A stretch of DNA of 64,000 bases from Candidatus Omnitrophota bacterium (lineage in GTDB: Bacteria; Omnitrophota; Gorgyraeia; Tantalellales; Tantalellaceae). Made by a program: the position numbers and the translations under genes. The notes below the pieces were generated by a model. It did not search any database and was not told the origin of the DNA. It saw only the letters and a list, made by a program, of their open reading frames with translations. Below are positions 23,446 through 31,897 of the stretch, one piece after another (positions within the stretch are counted from its first letter, which is position 1; each line of letters opens with the position of its first letter). The DNA is taken from contig JBDRBG010000013.1 in NCBI GenBank assembly GCA_043823005.1, positions 25,233 to 89,232 of the forward strand, written 5' to 3'.

Positions 23446-23832
23446 ATGGCAAAGGCTAAGATAAAAAAAATACTAATTGTTGATGATGAAAAAGATTTCA
23501 CGGAATTAGTAAAAACAGTTTTGGAAGAAACCGGCAAGTATATAGTGGAAACAGTGAATCATGGACAGCTTGCTCTTAGTGCGGCAAAAAATTTTAAACC
23601 GCATTTGATTTTGTTAGATCTTATGCTTCCGGATCTTGAGGGAGCTGTTGTTGCTGAACAATTAGGGGACGAAGGAAGCGGAGTCCAGGCAACGCCTGTT
23701 ATTTTTTTGACTGGGATGATAACTGTGGATGAAGAAAAAGAACGTGAGGGGAGTATCGGGGGGCGCAAGTTTTTAGCTAAGCCCGTAGGAATCAGGGAGC
23801 TTATAGAGTGTGTTGAACAAAATGTTTTGTAG
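23446..23832 (+). CDS. stand-alone response-regulator receiver, paralog of 22875-23243
   Basis: The ATG at 23446 follows AGGAGG, whereas the track ORF starts at 23395. It shares the C-terminal motif GGxKFLAKPVGIRELxxCVEQN with the upstream paralog. Confidence 0.8.
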   Translation: MAKAKIKKILIVDDEKDFTELVKTVLEETGKYIVETVNHGQLALSAAKNFKPHLILLDLMLPDLEGAVVAEQLGDEGSGVQATPVIFLTGMITVDEEKEREGSIGGRKFLAKPVGIRELIECVEQNVL

Positions 23833-23873
23833 GTAAATAGGGACGTCACCCGCCAGGGAGACGTCCCTATTTA
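23833..23873 (+). repeat. GACGTC-centred hairpin element (family 2), copy 1
   Basis: GTAAATAGGGACGTC-ACCCGCCAGGGA-GACGTCCCTATTTAC. The stop codon of the upstream gene lies in the left arm. Confidence 0.8.
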
Positions 23874-23947
23874 CATTAAGCTATTCTCCTGGTAAACTAG
23901 GAAAATATGCAGGCAAGTAATAATAGTTTCAAGCCAGAGATGTATTC

Positions 23948-24343
23948 ATGCTCAACAATTTGAACAAAAGAAAAGTTTTTGTTACGACACTTTACACAAG
24001 CATTTTTTTCTTGCTTGGAGTGTCTTTTTTGTTTGGGTCTTTTTTCTCTGGGATTTTAATGTTTTCATTGATAACAAGTCTTAAAATGCGACATCAGCAC
24101 AAAAACACAGCAGCAATCATTCTTTTAGTTCTATCCATACTATTTTTAGCATATCCCGGAACATTTATGACAGGAGAAACAGAGGATTTGTTCGCTGTAA
24201 AAATAATGCCGGTTATTTATCAAGAGCACTATCTAAAAGGAGAGGTCAGACAAATAAAAGGAAACATTGTTTTTTGTAAGCATGAAAAAATACCTTTTGC
24301 GCCTAAATGGGCGCTAGTCTTTTGTTTTAGCGGTAGTAAATAG
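23948..24343 (+). CDS. small membrane protein, hypothetical
   Basis: 131 aa with two or three TM segments. It lies between two identical hairpin elements. Confidence 0.4.
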   Translation: MLNNLNKRKVFVTTLYTSIFFLLGVSFLFGSFFSGILMFSLITSLKMRHQHKNTAAIILLVLSILFLAYPGTFMTGETEDLFAVKIMPVIYQEHYLKGEVRQIKGNIVFCKHEKIPFAPKWALVFCFSGSK

Positions 24344-24377
24344 GGACGTCACCCGCCAGGGAGACGTCCCTATTTAC
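24336..24377 (+). repeat. GACGTC-centred hairpin element (family 2), copy 2, identical to copy 1
   Basis: 42-nt identity with 23833-23873, including the embedded TAG stop. Confidence 0.8.
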
Positions 24378-24442
24378 CTACCCTATTTAATTCGTCCTTG
24401 AAAAAAAGGGCATTTAATTATACAATTTATCGGAAGGCCGGG

Positions 24443-24518
24443 GCCCGCGTAGCTCAGTTGGTAGAGCAAAGCATTCGTAATGCTTAGGTCGGTGGTTCGA
24501 CTCCACTCGCGGGCTCCA
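24443..24518 (+). tRNA. tRNA-Thr (anticodon CGT)
   Basis: GCCCGCGTAGCTCAGTTGGTAGAGCAAAGCATTCGTAATGCTT...GGTTCGACTCC...CGCGGGCTCCA. Confidence 0.85.
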
Positions 24519-24559
24519 TCTTTTTTATAGGCAGATAAAAACTATTTTTCATAAAAAAT

Positions 24560-25819
24560 ATGGTACGTTTTAGGGAAGTTCTGTTTAAAAGGAATTTTTT
24601 TGCTTTATGGTGCGGCCAGATAATTTCTGAATTCGGAGATAGATTAAACCAGATGGCTTTAATATCACTGGTTTATTCTAAAAATCCGGGATCTGCGATA
24701 GCTCTGGCAAAACTCCTGTTTTTTATTGTTATTCCTGTCTTTGTAGTTGGTCCTATTGCCGGTGTTTATGTTGATAGGTGGGACAGAAAAACCGTGATGA
24801 TAAATTCGGATATATTACGGGGCCTTTTTGTTCTTGCCATACCTTTATTTGTGTATTTGAACATGATGCCTGTAGTATATATTCTGGTATTTCTTATCTT
24901 TTCTGCTACAAGATTTTTCATTCCTTCTAAAATGGCGCTTATTCCGGCTATTGTTTCACAGGATAAGCTTGTAGTTGCTAATTCACTTTCGAATACGACC
25001 AGGATGATAGCTACTATTCTTGGTTTTGCGGCCGCAGGGTTTATTGTTAAATGGATAGGGTATATGTGGGGTTTTTATCTAGACAGCATAAGTTATTTTT
25101 TATCGGCCGGAATGATCGCGATTATTGCTCCCATAAGAAGAATAAAGAACGTAAAAGAAGATATCCTTTTGACAAGAAGTGTTATTAAAAAAGCAATTAG
25201 AAGGAATCTTTGGGTTGAAATAGCCGAGGGATTCGGCTATATGTTCGCCAGAAATAAGATGAAGATAGTAACAGCTACGTTTTTTCTTTTGATGGCAGGA
25301 GTTGGTTCGATTTTTTGTATCATAATAGTTTTTATCCAGGAATCTTTTGGGTCAATAACAGAGGCGCTTGGAAGTTTTGGAGTTTTTCTTGGCGCAGGGC
25401 TTTTTTTGGGGACGGTTTTGTTTGGTAAATTCGGACAAAAAGCGAATAAGGTTCAAACAATATTTTTAGGGTTTACTTTATGTGGTGTTGGAATAAGTTG
25501 TTTTGCGGTTTATGCTAACAATACACCTATTTTTATTCTGGGAGGAACTCTTATACTTTTAATAGGAACGGTTGCGGCTCCTATCTTGACATGCAGTAAT
25601 ACGTTGATACATATGCTGATTCCGGATCAAGTACGAGGGCGGATTTTTAGTTCAATGGAAGCGGTTATTCATCTTGCGTTTCTTTTTTTCATGGCATTAA
25701 CAGCATATCTTTCCAAATATTTATCTAATTTTGTGATTTTACTGGCTAGCGGGATATTTTTTATGCTATGCGGGCTAATCGGACAAATATGGGTTCGTTT
25801 GGATAAAAATATTGCTTGA
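24560..25819 (+). CDS. MFS transporter
   Basis: 419 aa with about 12 TM segments and an N-terminus characteristic of the MFS_1 family. Confidence 0.75.
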   Translation: MVRFREVLFKRNFFALWCGQIISEFGDRLNQMALISLVYSKNPGSAIALAKLLFFIVIPVFVVGPIAGVYVDRWDRKTVMINSDILRGLFVLAIPLFVYLNMMPVVYILVFLIFSATRFFIPSKMALIPAIVSQDKLVVANSLSNTTRMIATILGFAAAGFIVKWIGYMWGFYLDSISYFLSAGMIAIIAPIRRIKNVKEDILLTRSVIKKAIRRNLWVEIAEGFGYMFARNKMKIVTATFFLLMAGVGSIFCIIIVFIQESFGSITEALGSFGVFLGAGLFLGTVLFGKFGQKANKVQTIFLGFTLCGVGISCFAVYANNTPIFILGGTLILLIGTVAAPILTCSNTLIHMLIPDQVRGRIFSSMEAVIHLAFLFFMALTAYLSKYLSNFVILLASGIFFMLCGLIGQIWVRLDKNIA

Positions 25820-26085
25820 AAAGTTACGATCAAAGGGGCTTATTTGTTTGTGCAGGATAACGGAGCCCAGCAAAGGGGATAAAAACTGCATTTAGAACAA
25901 CAGATATTTTCACGATTTTGCTCTCCTCGATGCCATTTAGTTTCACATGTCCAGTAACTTTGGCATTTTTCACAGCAAATAAGTTTTTTCTTCTTTTTTT
26001 GGGACATAGGGCATTCTCCTCTACATGGTATTTGAAAGCAGTAACATAATTATATAATGAAAAAGTTTTTATTTCAATACCAATC

Positions 26086-26120
26086 TGAGGGACGTCACCC
26101 GACAGGGAGACGTCCCTATG
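26086..26120 (+). repeat. GACGTC-centred hairpin element (family 2), diverged copy 3, fused to a family-1 repeat
   Basis: GAGGGACGTCACCCGACAGGGAGACGTCCCTATG is immediately followed by CGTCTTTGCGAGG...GCGGCAATCT. Confidence 0.7.
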
Positions 26121-26124
26121 TATA

Positions 26125-26160
26125 CGTCTTTGCGAGGGAGCACAGCGACCGCGGCAATCT
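26125..26160 (+). repeat. family-1 repeat
   Basis: CGTCTTTGCGAGGGAGCACAGCGACCGCGGCAATCT. Confidence 0.85.
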
Positions 26161-26238
26161 TAATAATAATATGGTTTCCCCCTTTAGTGGTTCGCAAAAA
26201 CGTTATGACACAATCTGATGACAAGGACGTGCCTCATA

Positions 26239-26266
26239 TTGACAAAAAAGACTCAATATGTATAAT
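26239..26266 (+). promoter_or_regulatory. candidate sigma70 promoter of the rnf operon
   Basis: TTGACA, a 16-nt spacer, then TATAAT, located 42 nt upstream of the rnfC start. Confidence 0.5.
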
Positions 26267-26307
26267 GTAAGCTTATCTTTGTTTTCTAAATTCCAATTAA
26301 TAAAAAC

Positions 26308-27642
26308 ATGAAAAAATTTATGACTTTTACCTTTAAAGGAGGGATACACCCTTCTTATAAAAAAGAAATAAGCCTAAAAGAGTCTTTTAAACAGGTTGTT
26401 CTTCCCGATAAAATAGAAGTACCGATATCCCAGCATATTGGAAAACCGGCTGACCCTATTGTTAAAAAAGGGGATCTTGTAGAAGAAGGCAGTATTATTG
26501 CTGATTCCAACGCTTTTATTTCGTCCTGTATTCATTCTTCTGTAAGCGGGAAAGTTCTTGATATAAAGAAAGCTTTTCATCCCAGTTTGGGGCCGACACT
26601 ATCCATTTTCATAGAGAGAGACAAAAGCAAGGCGCCAAAGGAATATCCCAAGATAGAAGAACAATGTTGTTCAGCTCAAGAGATTATACAAAAGGTTCGG
26701 GACGCGGGAATCGTGGGTATGGGAGGAGCGGCTTTTCCGACTCATGTAAAATTAAGTGTTCCGGAAGGAAAGAAAATCGACACCTTGATCATTAACGGAG
26801 CGGAATGCGAGCCTTATCTTACATGTGACCATGTGATGATGTTAAACAAGACACAGGAAATATTAGAAGGGATAGGCCTTATTTTTCGGGTATTACAGCC
26901 GAAAAAAACCTATATAGCTATTGAAAATAACAAACAAAATGTGTTGGATGCTTTTCACTGTGGACTAAAAACAGCAGAATCGCTAAAAGGTGCAGAGGTA
27001 GAGATTATTGCGCTTGAAACAAAGTATCCTCAAGGAGGGGAAAAACAGCTTATTAGCGCTATTTCCGGCAAAGAAGTTCCGCCCGGAAAACTGCCTTTAG
27101 ATATAGGGTTTCTTGTGCAGAATATAGGAACAATATATGCCATATATGAAGCCGTTTATTTTAATAAGCCTCTTCTGCAAAGAATGGTTACGATTTCAGG
27201 GGATTGTGTGGAAAATCCGGGTAACTATATTGTAAAGATAGGAACAACTGTTACGGATTTAATAGAACTATGCGGGATCAAGTTTAAAAAGAACCCCAAA
27301 AAAGTTATTATAGGAGGACCTATGATGGGGTTTTCCCAGCCCGGGACAGATGCGGCTGTTCTTAAAAATACTTCGGGCATACTTTTTTTGTCTGAAGAGA
27401 CTGCTCCTGATTTTGAAGAAGGGCAATGTATAAGGTGCGCGAAATGTGTAGATGTATGTCCTGTAAGATTATCTCCTACGGATATTATGAGAAGCGCGAA
27501 AAAGAATTTATGGGACAAAACAGAAGAAGCCTACGTTACAGATTGTATGGAATGCGGGAGTTGTACATATGTTTGTCCCGCAAGGATTCCTCTTGTTCAA
27601 TATATAAAAGAAGCCAAAAGAATAATCGCAAAGAAAAAGTAA
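26308..27642 (+). CDS. rnfC: Rnf electron-transport complex subunit C
   Basis: 444 aa with two 4Fe-4S motifs (CIRCAKCVDVCP, CMECGSCTYVCP) and the INGAECEPYLTCD motif. Confidence 0.85.
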   Translation: MKKFMTFTFKGGIHPSYKKEISLKESFKQVVLPDKIEVPISQHIGKPADPIVKKGDLVEEGSIIADSNAFISSCIHSSVSGKVLDIKKAFHPSLGPTLSIFIERDKSKAPKEYPKIEEQCCSAQEIIQKVRDAGIVGMGGAAFPTHVKLSVPEGKKIDTLIINGAECEPYLTCDHVMMLNKTQEILEGIGLIFRVLQPKKTYIAIENNKQNVLDAFHCGLKTAESLKGAEVEIIALETKYPQGGEKQLISAISGKEVPPGKLPLDIGFLVQNIGTIYAIYEAVYFNKPLLQRMVTISGDCVENPGNYIVKIGTTVTDLIELCGIKFKKNPKKVIIGGPMMGFSQPGTDAAVLKNTSGILFLSEETAPDFEEGQCIRCAKCVDVCPVRLSPTDIMRSAKKNLWDKTEEAYVTDCMECGSCTYVCPARIPLVQYIKEAKRIIAKKK

Positions 27643-27646
27643 AGAG

Positions 27647-28591
27647 ATGAATAAACTTACTATAAATAGTTCACCCCATGTTTCTGCTCCGCTAGATACT
27701 CAGGGCATCATGAAAGGCGTTATAACAGCGCTTATTCCTGCCATGATTGCGGGTATATATTTTTTCAGATGGCAGGCAGTAAGCGTTATTATCGCAACAG
27801 TCGCGGGAAGTGTTGCCGCGGAATATCTGCTTCAGAAGCTTAGAAAGAAAAAAGTGCAAATAAAGGATTTTAGCGCAATTCTTACCGGCCTTCTTTTGGC
27901 ATTGGTTTTGCCTCCTGCAATTCCTCTTTGGATGGCTTTTTTTGGCGGAGTTTTCGCTATAAGTTTGGGTAAAGAAATATTCGGGGGATTGGGTAACAAC
28001 ATTTTTAATCCGGCGCTTCTTAGCCGGGCGTTTCTTATGGCGTCGTTTCCGGTTGTTCTGACAACATGGACCGCGCCTGTCGCTATAGATGCCGCGACTA
28101 TGGCGACACCGCTTGCTCTGGTAAAATTTGATCATATAATTACTCCATATTCAGATCTTTTTCTGGGTAATGTAGGAGGGTGTTTGGGAGAGACATCTTC
28201 CGCGGCATTGCTTTTAGGCGCGATATATCTTTTGTGGAAGAAAATAATTGATTACAGGATACCGTTAGCATATATAGGAACAGTAGTTGTTATTGCCGCG
28301 ATTACGCATATAATAAACCCGAAAGTTTTTGCGGGGCCTGTATTTCACGTGTTGGCAGGAGGCCTTTTAATCGGCGCGGTATTTATGGCGACAGATCCGG
28401 TAACCTCTCCGGTAACGCTTAAAGGAAGATGGATTTTTGGAATAGGATGCGGCTTTATTGCGATGGTTATACGTTTATGGGGAGGGTTGCCGGAAGGAGT
28501 GATGTATTCCATTTTATTGATGAACGCGTTGACTCCGCTTATTAATCGGGCGACAAAGCGGAAAAGGTTTGGAATAACGGGGGGGAAATAA
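27647..28591 (+). CDS. rnfD: Rnf complex subunit D
   Basis: 314 aa polytopic NqrB/RnfD-family protein. Confidence 0.85.
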   Translation: MNKLTINSSPHVSAPLDTQGIMKGVITALIPAMIAGIYFFRWQAVSVIIATVAGSVAAEYLLQKLRKKKVQIKDFSAILTGLLLALVLPPAIPLWMAFFGGVFAISLGKEIFGGLGNNIFNPALLSRAFLMASFPVVLTTWTAPVAIDAATMATPLALVKFDHIITPYSDLFLGNVGGCLGETSSAALLLGAIYLLWKKIIDYRIPLAYIGTVVVIAAITHIINPKVFAGPVFHVLAGGLLIGAVFMATDPVTSPVTLKGRWIFGIGCGFIAMVIRLWGGLPEGVMYSILLMNALTPLINRATKRKRFGITGGK

Positions 28592-28596
28592 AGATC

Positions 28597-29163
28597 GTGA
28601 AAAATTTTTTACAAAACAATGTTACAAAAATGATAGTTGCTCTGGCTGTGGTCGGAGCTGTTTCAGGTCTTAGTCTGGTTTTTGTTTATAAGTACGCGAT
28701 GCCCAAAATTAAAATAAACATAAATAAAGAAATGGACAAAGCAATAAAGAGTATTTTTCCGGGGACGGATAAAACGGAGAAAATAGAGGGTCAGCAAGAT
28801 GTTTTTAAGGTCAGAGATAAGAAAGGGATTTTATTGGGATATGCTTTTGTTGCAGAGGGAAACGGATACCAGGGGATAATAAAAATAATAGTTGGTGTGG
28901 ATGAAAAGATTATAAAAACCAAAGGGATGGAAGTTCTTGAGTCTCAAGAAACACCCGGGCTCGGAGCTGAAATCGCGAACGGAAAATTTAAAGATCAGTT
29001 TAAGGGGTTGTCTATTGTCCAGGCAATAGAGTATGTTAAGAACCAGAACCCGCAAAAACCTTATGAAATAGAAGCCATAACAGGCGCTACAATTTCATCA
29101 AGGGCAGTTGTAAATATAATCAACAAGAAACTAGCGGAAATACGCGAGGCGTTGCGTAAATAA
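28597..29163 (+). CDS. rnfG: Rnf complex subunit G (FMN-binding)
   Basis: 188 aa with an N-terminal TM segment and the EAITGATISSRAV FMN-binding motif. Confidence 0.8.
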   Translation: MKNFLQNNVTKMIVALAVVGAVSGLSLVFVYKYAMPKIKININKEMDKAIKSIFPGTDKTEKIEGQQDVFKVRDKKGILLGYAFVAEGNGYQGIIKIIVGVDEKIIKTKGMEVLESQETPGLGAEIANGKFKDQFKGLSIVQAIEYVKNQNPQKPYEIEAITGATISSRAVVNIINKKLAEIREALRK

Positions 29164-29176
29164 GGAAAAACAGGTC

Positions 29177-29797
29177 ATGATAAAAGATTTTGTAAAAGGA
29201 TTATGGCGGGAAAATCCGGTGTTCGTTCAGGTCTTAGGAATGTGTCCGACCCTGGCGGTTACGACAAAAGCGCTGTTTGGACTTTCTATGGGCATGGCGA
29301 CTACATTTGTGGTTGTTTCTTCCAGCATAGTGGTATCTGTTATAAGAAAATTTGTCCCCGAGCAGGTCAGAATTCCGATGTTTACGGTTATAATCGCCAC
29401 TTTTGTAACGCTAGCGGATTATTTCTTAAAAGCTAATTTTTTTCAGATAAGCAAGGCGTTAGGGCCTTATATTCCATTGATAGTGGTCAATTGTCTTATT
29501 TTGGGCAGAGCAGAAGCCTTTGCTTCTAAGCAAGGGCCAGTAAGAGCGTTTTTTGACGCTTTAGGTATGGGGATCGGGTTTACTTTAGCTTTAATTGTTT
29601 TAGGCTCAATAAGAGAGATTTTAGGAGCAGGAACTATTTTTGAAGCGCGTATAATGGGACAGGGCTTTACGAATTGGATTGTTATGGTTCTTCCTGCCGG
29701 AGCGTTTATAACGCTGGGGCTTCTGGTTGGTGTGTTTAATGTTATTGATGAGAAAAAAAAGAGTAAACAAAAAAAGTTTAGGGTAAACGAAAAATGA
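29177..29797 (+). CDS. rnfE: Rnf complex subunit E
   Basis: 206 aa RnfA/RnfE-family protein (GMCPTLAVTT). Confidence 0.85.
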   Translation: MIKDFVKGLWRENPVFVQVLGMCPTLAVTTKALFGLSMGMATTFVVVSSSIVVSVIRKFVPEQVRIPMFTVIIATFVTLADYFLKANFFQISKALGPYIPLIVVNCLILGRAEAFASKQGPVRAFFDALGMGIGFTLALIVLGSIREILGAGTIFEARIMGQGFTNWIVMVLPAGAFITLGLLVGVFNVIDEKKKSKQKKFRVNEK

Positions 29798-30375
29798 AAC
29801 AACTTATATTGGTTTTTATCGCGGCAAGCATAACCAACAATTTTGTGTTAACATATTTTTTAGGAATATGCCCTTTTATTGGAGTTTCTAATAAGATAGA
29901 CAGCGCGATCGGTCTTGGCATGGCCACTACTTTTGTTATGACCATGGCCGCGACAGTTACGTGGCTTATTTATCATTATATTCTGGTGCCGTTTAATGTC
30001 GCATTTTTGCAGTATGTTACTTTTATTATAGTCATAGCTAGTTTTGTGCAATTTGTGGAGATGTTTATAAAAAAAGTATCGCCCGCTTTGTATAAAGCTT
30101 TAGGCATATTTTTGCCGCTTATAACTACTAATTGCGCGATACTCGGACTTACTTTATTTATGGTTCTGAGGAATTATGCTTTTTTGGAGTCCGTTATTTT
30201 TGGACTCGGCGCGGGAGTGGGCTTTACTATAGCGCTGGTGATAATGGCTGGTATCAGAGAGGATCTTGTTTTTTCTGAAATACCCAAACCATTACAAGGA
30301 GCAGGCATAACTTTGATAATAGCCGGAATGCTTGCTTTAGCGTTTATGGGTTTTGGCGGAATCATAGGCGGATAG
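29794..30375 (+). CDS. rnfA: Rnf complex subunit A
   Basis: 193 aa RnfA-family protein (LGICPFIGVS). Its stop overlaps the rnfE start. Confidence 0.85.
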   Translation: MKQLILVFIAASITNNFVLTYFLGICPFIGVSNKIDSAIGLGMATTFVMTMAATVTWLIYHYILVPFNVAFLQYVTFIIVIASFVQFVEMFIKKVSPALYKALGIFLPLITTNCAILGLTLFMVLRNYAFLESVIFGLGAGVGFTIALVIMAGIREDLVFSEIPKPLQGAGITLIIAGMLALAFMGFGGIIGG

Positions 30376-30443
30376 CACAAAAAGAGTCGTTGGTCGTTAG
30401 TTGTTAGTAAGAGCCGCCTCAGTGGGCCGACGGCGAAACCTTT

Positions 30444-30483
30444 CCGTCTTTGCGAGGAGGTCGCAGGCCGACGCGGCAATTTC
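30444..30483 (+). repeat. family-1 repeat
   Basis: CGTCTTTGCGAGGAGGTCGCAGGCCGACGCGGCAATTTCTC. Confidence 0.85.
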
Positions 30484-30488
30484 TCCGC

Positions 30489-30525
30489 TGTCTTTGCGAG
30501 GGAGCAAGAGCGACCGCGGCAATCT
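30489..30525 (+). repeat. family-1 repeat in tandem with the preceding copy
   Basis: GTCTTTGCGAGGGAGCAAGAGCGACCGCGGCAATCTC. Confidence 0.85.
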
Positions 30526-30564
30526 CTTTGGTGAATAGCGTCTTGTCTTGAAAGTACAGAGAAG

Positions 30565-30675
30565 AAAGAGCTGGAATGCGCGGCTGGAAGGGCAAACATT
30601 CCGTGCTCAAACAGTCCTCGGATGATCTCTTGATCATCCTGCGGAACTGTGCGCGGAATGCTTGCCCTTCCAGCT
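30565..30675. repeat. ~110-bp nested imperfect palindrome inside the rnfA-rnfB repeat block
   Basis: The outer arms AGCTGGAA...TTCCAGCT include 21-nt arms GCTGGAAGGGCAAACATTCCG / CGGAATGCTTGCCCTTCCAGC. The inner palindrome is GGATGATCTCTTGATCATCC. Confidence 0.6.
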
Positions 30676-30685
30676 GAAAAGATTC

Positions 30686-30720
30686 CGTCTTTGCGAGGAG
30701 CGAAGGGGAGCGCGGCAGTT
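30686..30720 (+). repeat. family-1 repeat, variant 3' end
   Basis: CGTCTTTGCGAGGAGCGAAGGGGAGCGCGGCAGTT. Confidence 0.75.
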
Positions 30721-30821
30721 TATTCAGTGAATAGTGGTGAGTGAATGGTGAATAGTTGCAGGAGCCGTCTCTTCGCCATAATAAGCGGATCCGCCTCAGT
30801 GGGCCAGCGGCGAACCCCTTC

Positions 30822-30863
30822 CGTCATTGCGAGGAGGCGCGGAGCGGCGACGCGGCAATATCG
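30822..30863 (+). repeat. family-1 repeat (GTCATTGCGAGG variant)
   Basis: CGTCATTGCGAGGAGGCGCGGAGCGGCGACGCGGCAATATCG. Confidence 0.8.
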
Positions 30864-30966
30864 ATAAAAGCAAAAAGGAAAAAGACAGAAACATATAAAT
30901 TTAAGATATGTAGTTTCTGAGGGCGAATAAGAAAATAGTTTAAAAAAGTAACAACAGAACAAAATA

Positions 30967-31773
30967 ATGGATAATTTGATTTTGGCATCAGTACTAAGCA
31001 TGACGGGATTGGCAATAATATTTGCCGCTGTTTTGGCTTTCGCGGATAAAAAATTAAGGGTTGAAGAAGACCCAAGAGTAGATAAGATCAATCATCTTTT
31101 ACCGGGGCTCAATTGCGGGGCCTGTGGATTTTTAAGCTGTCATGATTTTGCCGAACACATAGTGTTTGAAAACGCGGATCCGGGAAAATGCAGGGTTTTG
31201 GATGCGGAAACCAGAGAAGAACTGTTTAAACTTATAGGCCGGGAAGGGGCAAACCTTTATCCTAAAATTCCGGTTATTCATTGCGCGGCCGGATCAGAAA
31301 ATAAAAAAATAATGGCAGACTATAAGGGTATTAAAACGTGTTTAGCCGCGGATCTTATTTTTGGAGGCGGGATGCAGTGTGAATACGGCTGTATGGGGCT
31401 GGGCGATTGTGTAAGAGAATGTCCGTTTGACGCGTTAACGATGAAAGACGGCCTTCCTCTGGTGGATCAGGAAAAATGTACGGGCTGCGGTAAATGCGAA
31501 AAGGCGTGTCCCCGGAATATAATCAAGATCGAAGAAAAAAAACATAAAAAACTTTTTTACGTGGCATGCAGTTCTCATGATAATGCCTTAAGGGTTAGAC
31601 AGGTATGCGGAGTCGGCTGTATTGCTTGCGGGATCTGTGAGAAATTATCTCCGGAAGGATTTTTTAAAGTTACAGAAAACCTTTCGTACGCGGATTATTC
31701 GAAACAGGATAAACAGGAAGAAGTTGAAATCCTTAGTATGAAATGCCCGACTAAGGTTATAAAGAATATGTAA
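30967..31773 (+). CDS. rnfB: Rnf complex subunit B
   Basis: 268 aa with the N-terminal LPGLNCGACGFLSCHDFAEHI Fe-S motif plus CxxCxxCxxxCP ferredoxin motifs. It is separated from rnfA by a 590-bp repeat block. Confidence 0.8.
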   Translation: MDNLILASVLSMTGLAIIFAAVLAFADKKLRVEEDPRVDKINHLLPGLNCGACGFLSCHDFAEHIVFENADPGKCRVLDAETREELFKLIGREGANLYPKIPVIHCAAGSENKKIMADYKGIKTCLAADLIFGGGMQCEYGCMGLGDCVRECPFDALTMKDGLPLVDQEKCTGCGKCEKACPRNIIKIEEKKHKKLFYVACSSHDNALRVRQVCGVGCIACGICEKLSPEGFFKVTENLSYADYSKQDKQEEVEILSMKCPTKVIKNM

Positions 31774-31791
31774 CACAGTGGGGACACGTCG

Positions 31792-31865
31792 GAAAGGGAC
31801 ACACTTCACTGACAGAATATATATGAAGTGTGTCCCTTTCAGTCATGTCCCCGAATTTTATTTTT
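31792..31865 (+). terminator. strong hairpin with T-rich tail after rnfB
   Basis: Perfect 17-bp stem GAAAGGGACACACTTCA / TGAAGTGTGTCCCTTTC with a 15-nt loop, followed by TTTTATTTTTATTT. Confidence 0.6.
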
Positions 31866-31897
31866 ATTTGTCATTGCGAAAACACAAGGATAAAAAC

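Noticed and set aside
27426-27650. 74-aa ORF overlapping the 3' end of rnfC in another frame
   Set aside because: It lies entirely within the rnfC ferredoxin-domain coding region. Its Cys-rich translation is a frame artefact of the CxxC codons.
29203-29802. Alternative-frame ORFs (77 aa plus strand, 111 aa minus strand) within rnfE and rnfA
   Set aside because: They overlap conserved Rnf membrane subunits in other frames and have no independent support.
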